In this document: positions 62,851-64,000 of the stretch, one piece after another
Numbering within the stretch: the stretch's first letter is position 1
How the letters are laid out: each line of letters begins with the position of its first letter
NCBI GenBank assembly: GCA_964035545.1
Contig: OZ037767.1
Span: 19,298,628-19,362,627, forward strand
Length of the DNA stretch: 64,000 nucleotides
Source: Bugula neritina
Taxonomy: Eukaryota; Animalia; Bryozoa
Reading direction: 5' to 3'
Notes under the pieces: model-generated
What the model was told of the DNA's origin: nothing
Database searches by the model: none
The model's input: only the letters and a program-made list of their open reading frames with translations
Position numbers and translations under genes: made by a program

Positions 62851-64000
62851 TAATATGGTAGATGTTACTTTAGAAGAAACATACTTTTATTTATACAATT
62901 AAAACAAATAGAATATCTTTATATTAATGTTTTCTTGTATTTCGAAGACAACATAATGTTTAAATAAAATATTGTGATGAGCTTTACAGGTCTTGTTTTG
63001 GTACTCAATATACTTTCTGTGCTGTTTGTGTATTATATATAAGGACAAACTACTAGTCATTGGTTTGAATATGAATAACAAGTAGCTGTCGAAAGTAGAC
63101 TTTTGGAGTAGATTGTAACACATGTAGATGTATTTACTTTTTTTGAATCTTAATTAAAGATATAATAGACTATAGAGGAATAATTTGAAAATTGCTACAA
63201 TGTTCAAAAATACTCTTTCTCATTGTAAGGTGTCTCAAAATACAATTTTATGAAATTGAAATGACATACCATAAACACAATGATCAACTTTTCTCATTAT
63301 CTATAAACAAAGCAAAGATTAAAATGTGCTATTTCTAAATTCTAGCAGTTTTTAATATTTACTCTCAAAAACTGAAAGTTTATGTAACTCAGTAAAGATG
63401 AAGATACACTTAACGCAGCAAACATAATGCAAGCTGTGTTTATGATTTCTTAAGAAAATGTTTTGTAAATTAATTAAACCTTTTGCAAAACATCATGTTT
63501 TTTCAAAGAATAATAAAATTAACTATAATATGTCATAAACTAATAGAAAAATTAGAGTTGTGGTAGAATATCATATTATTGTGAAGCATGATGTAATCAT
63601 TTAAATTAGTGAGTTTCTAACAGAAATAAAGTAACAGAATACTAGAAGGGTTGTGTTAGTATTTTTACTCTCTTCAGCATTTCAATCATTACACAATCAA
63701 GCCACAAAAACGGGAGTCCAGGCCCTTCTCGTGACCTATGAAATTTTATTAGATTTGGAGGAGCATTTAGTTTGCACAAGTTTATTTAATAGCTTAGATG
63801 ACCTCACATTATTAGCTATGGAATTGAGCTAACTGCAGTCTTACTATGTATAGATAAGACTATGATATGATAGATAAAACGTTATTGAAAGCTCCTACAA
63901 TAAACTCACCATTAACTGTAACAAAACATAGTAACATTTATAGAAACACTAATGGCATTGTTTCTGTTACTTACTCTTCTCAGTAACTAAACATTAATTG

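Overview
AT-rich, intron-rich genomic DNA from a metazoan, most likely an invertebrate. In order it holds: (1) the 3' end of a Ty3/Gypsy retrotransposon with a very short LTR (1-1923); (2) QRSL1/GatA; (3) a short-chain dehydrogenase gene whose first intron carries a complete 7.4-kb Gypsy element with 277-bp LTRs, a CTAG TSD, a tRNA-Leu PBS, a damaged pol and an intact extra zinc-finger ORF; (4) phenylalanine hydroxylase, with two inverted copies of one hAT MITE in its introns; (5) TMEM181 on the minus strand; (6) LATS/warts kinase; (7) an unrecognised mucin-like single-pass membrane protein with PPxY motifs; (8) a small secreted prepropeptide gene; (9) scattered SINE, LINE and MITE relics. The most striking signal is a 274-nt, strongly self-complementary unit bounded by a complete and a partial type I hammerhead ribozyme (54870-55182, minus strand), i.e. 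a retrozyme/circular-RNA-like element. A second is a recurring pattern of intronic tandem arrays built from the neighbouring exon end plus splice site. All gene models were spliced by eye from GT-AG boundaries and remembered protein motifs. No searches or folding computations were run.
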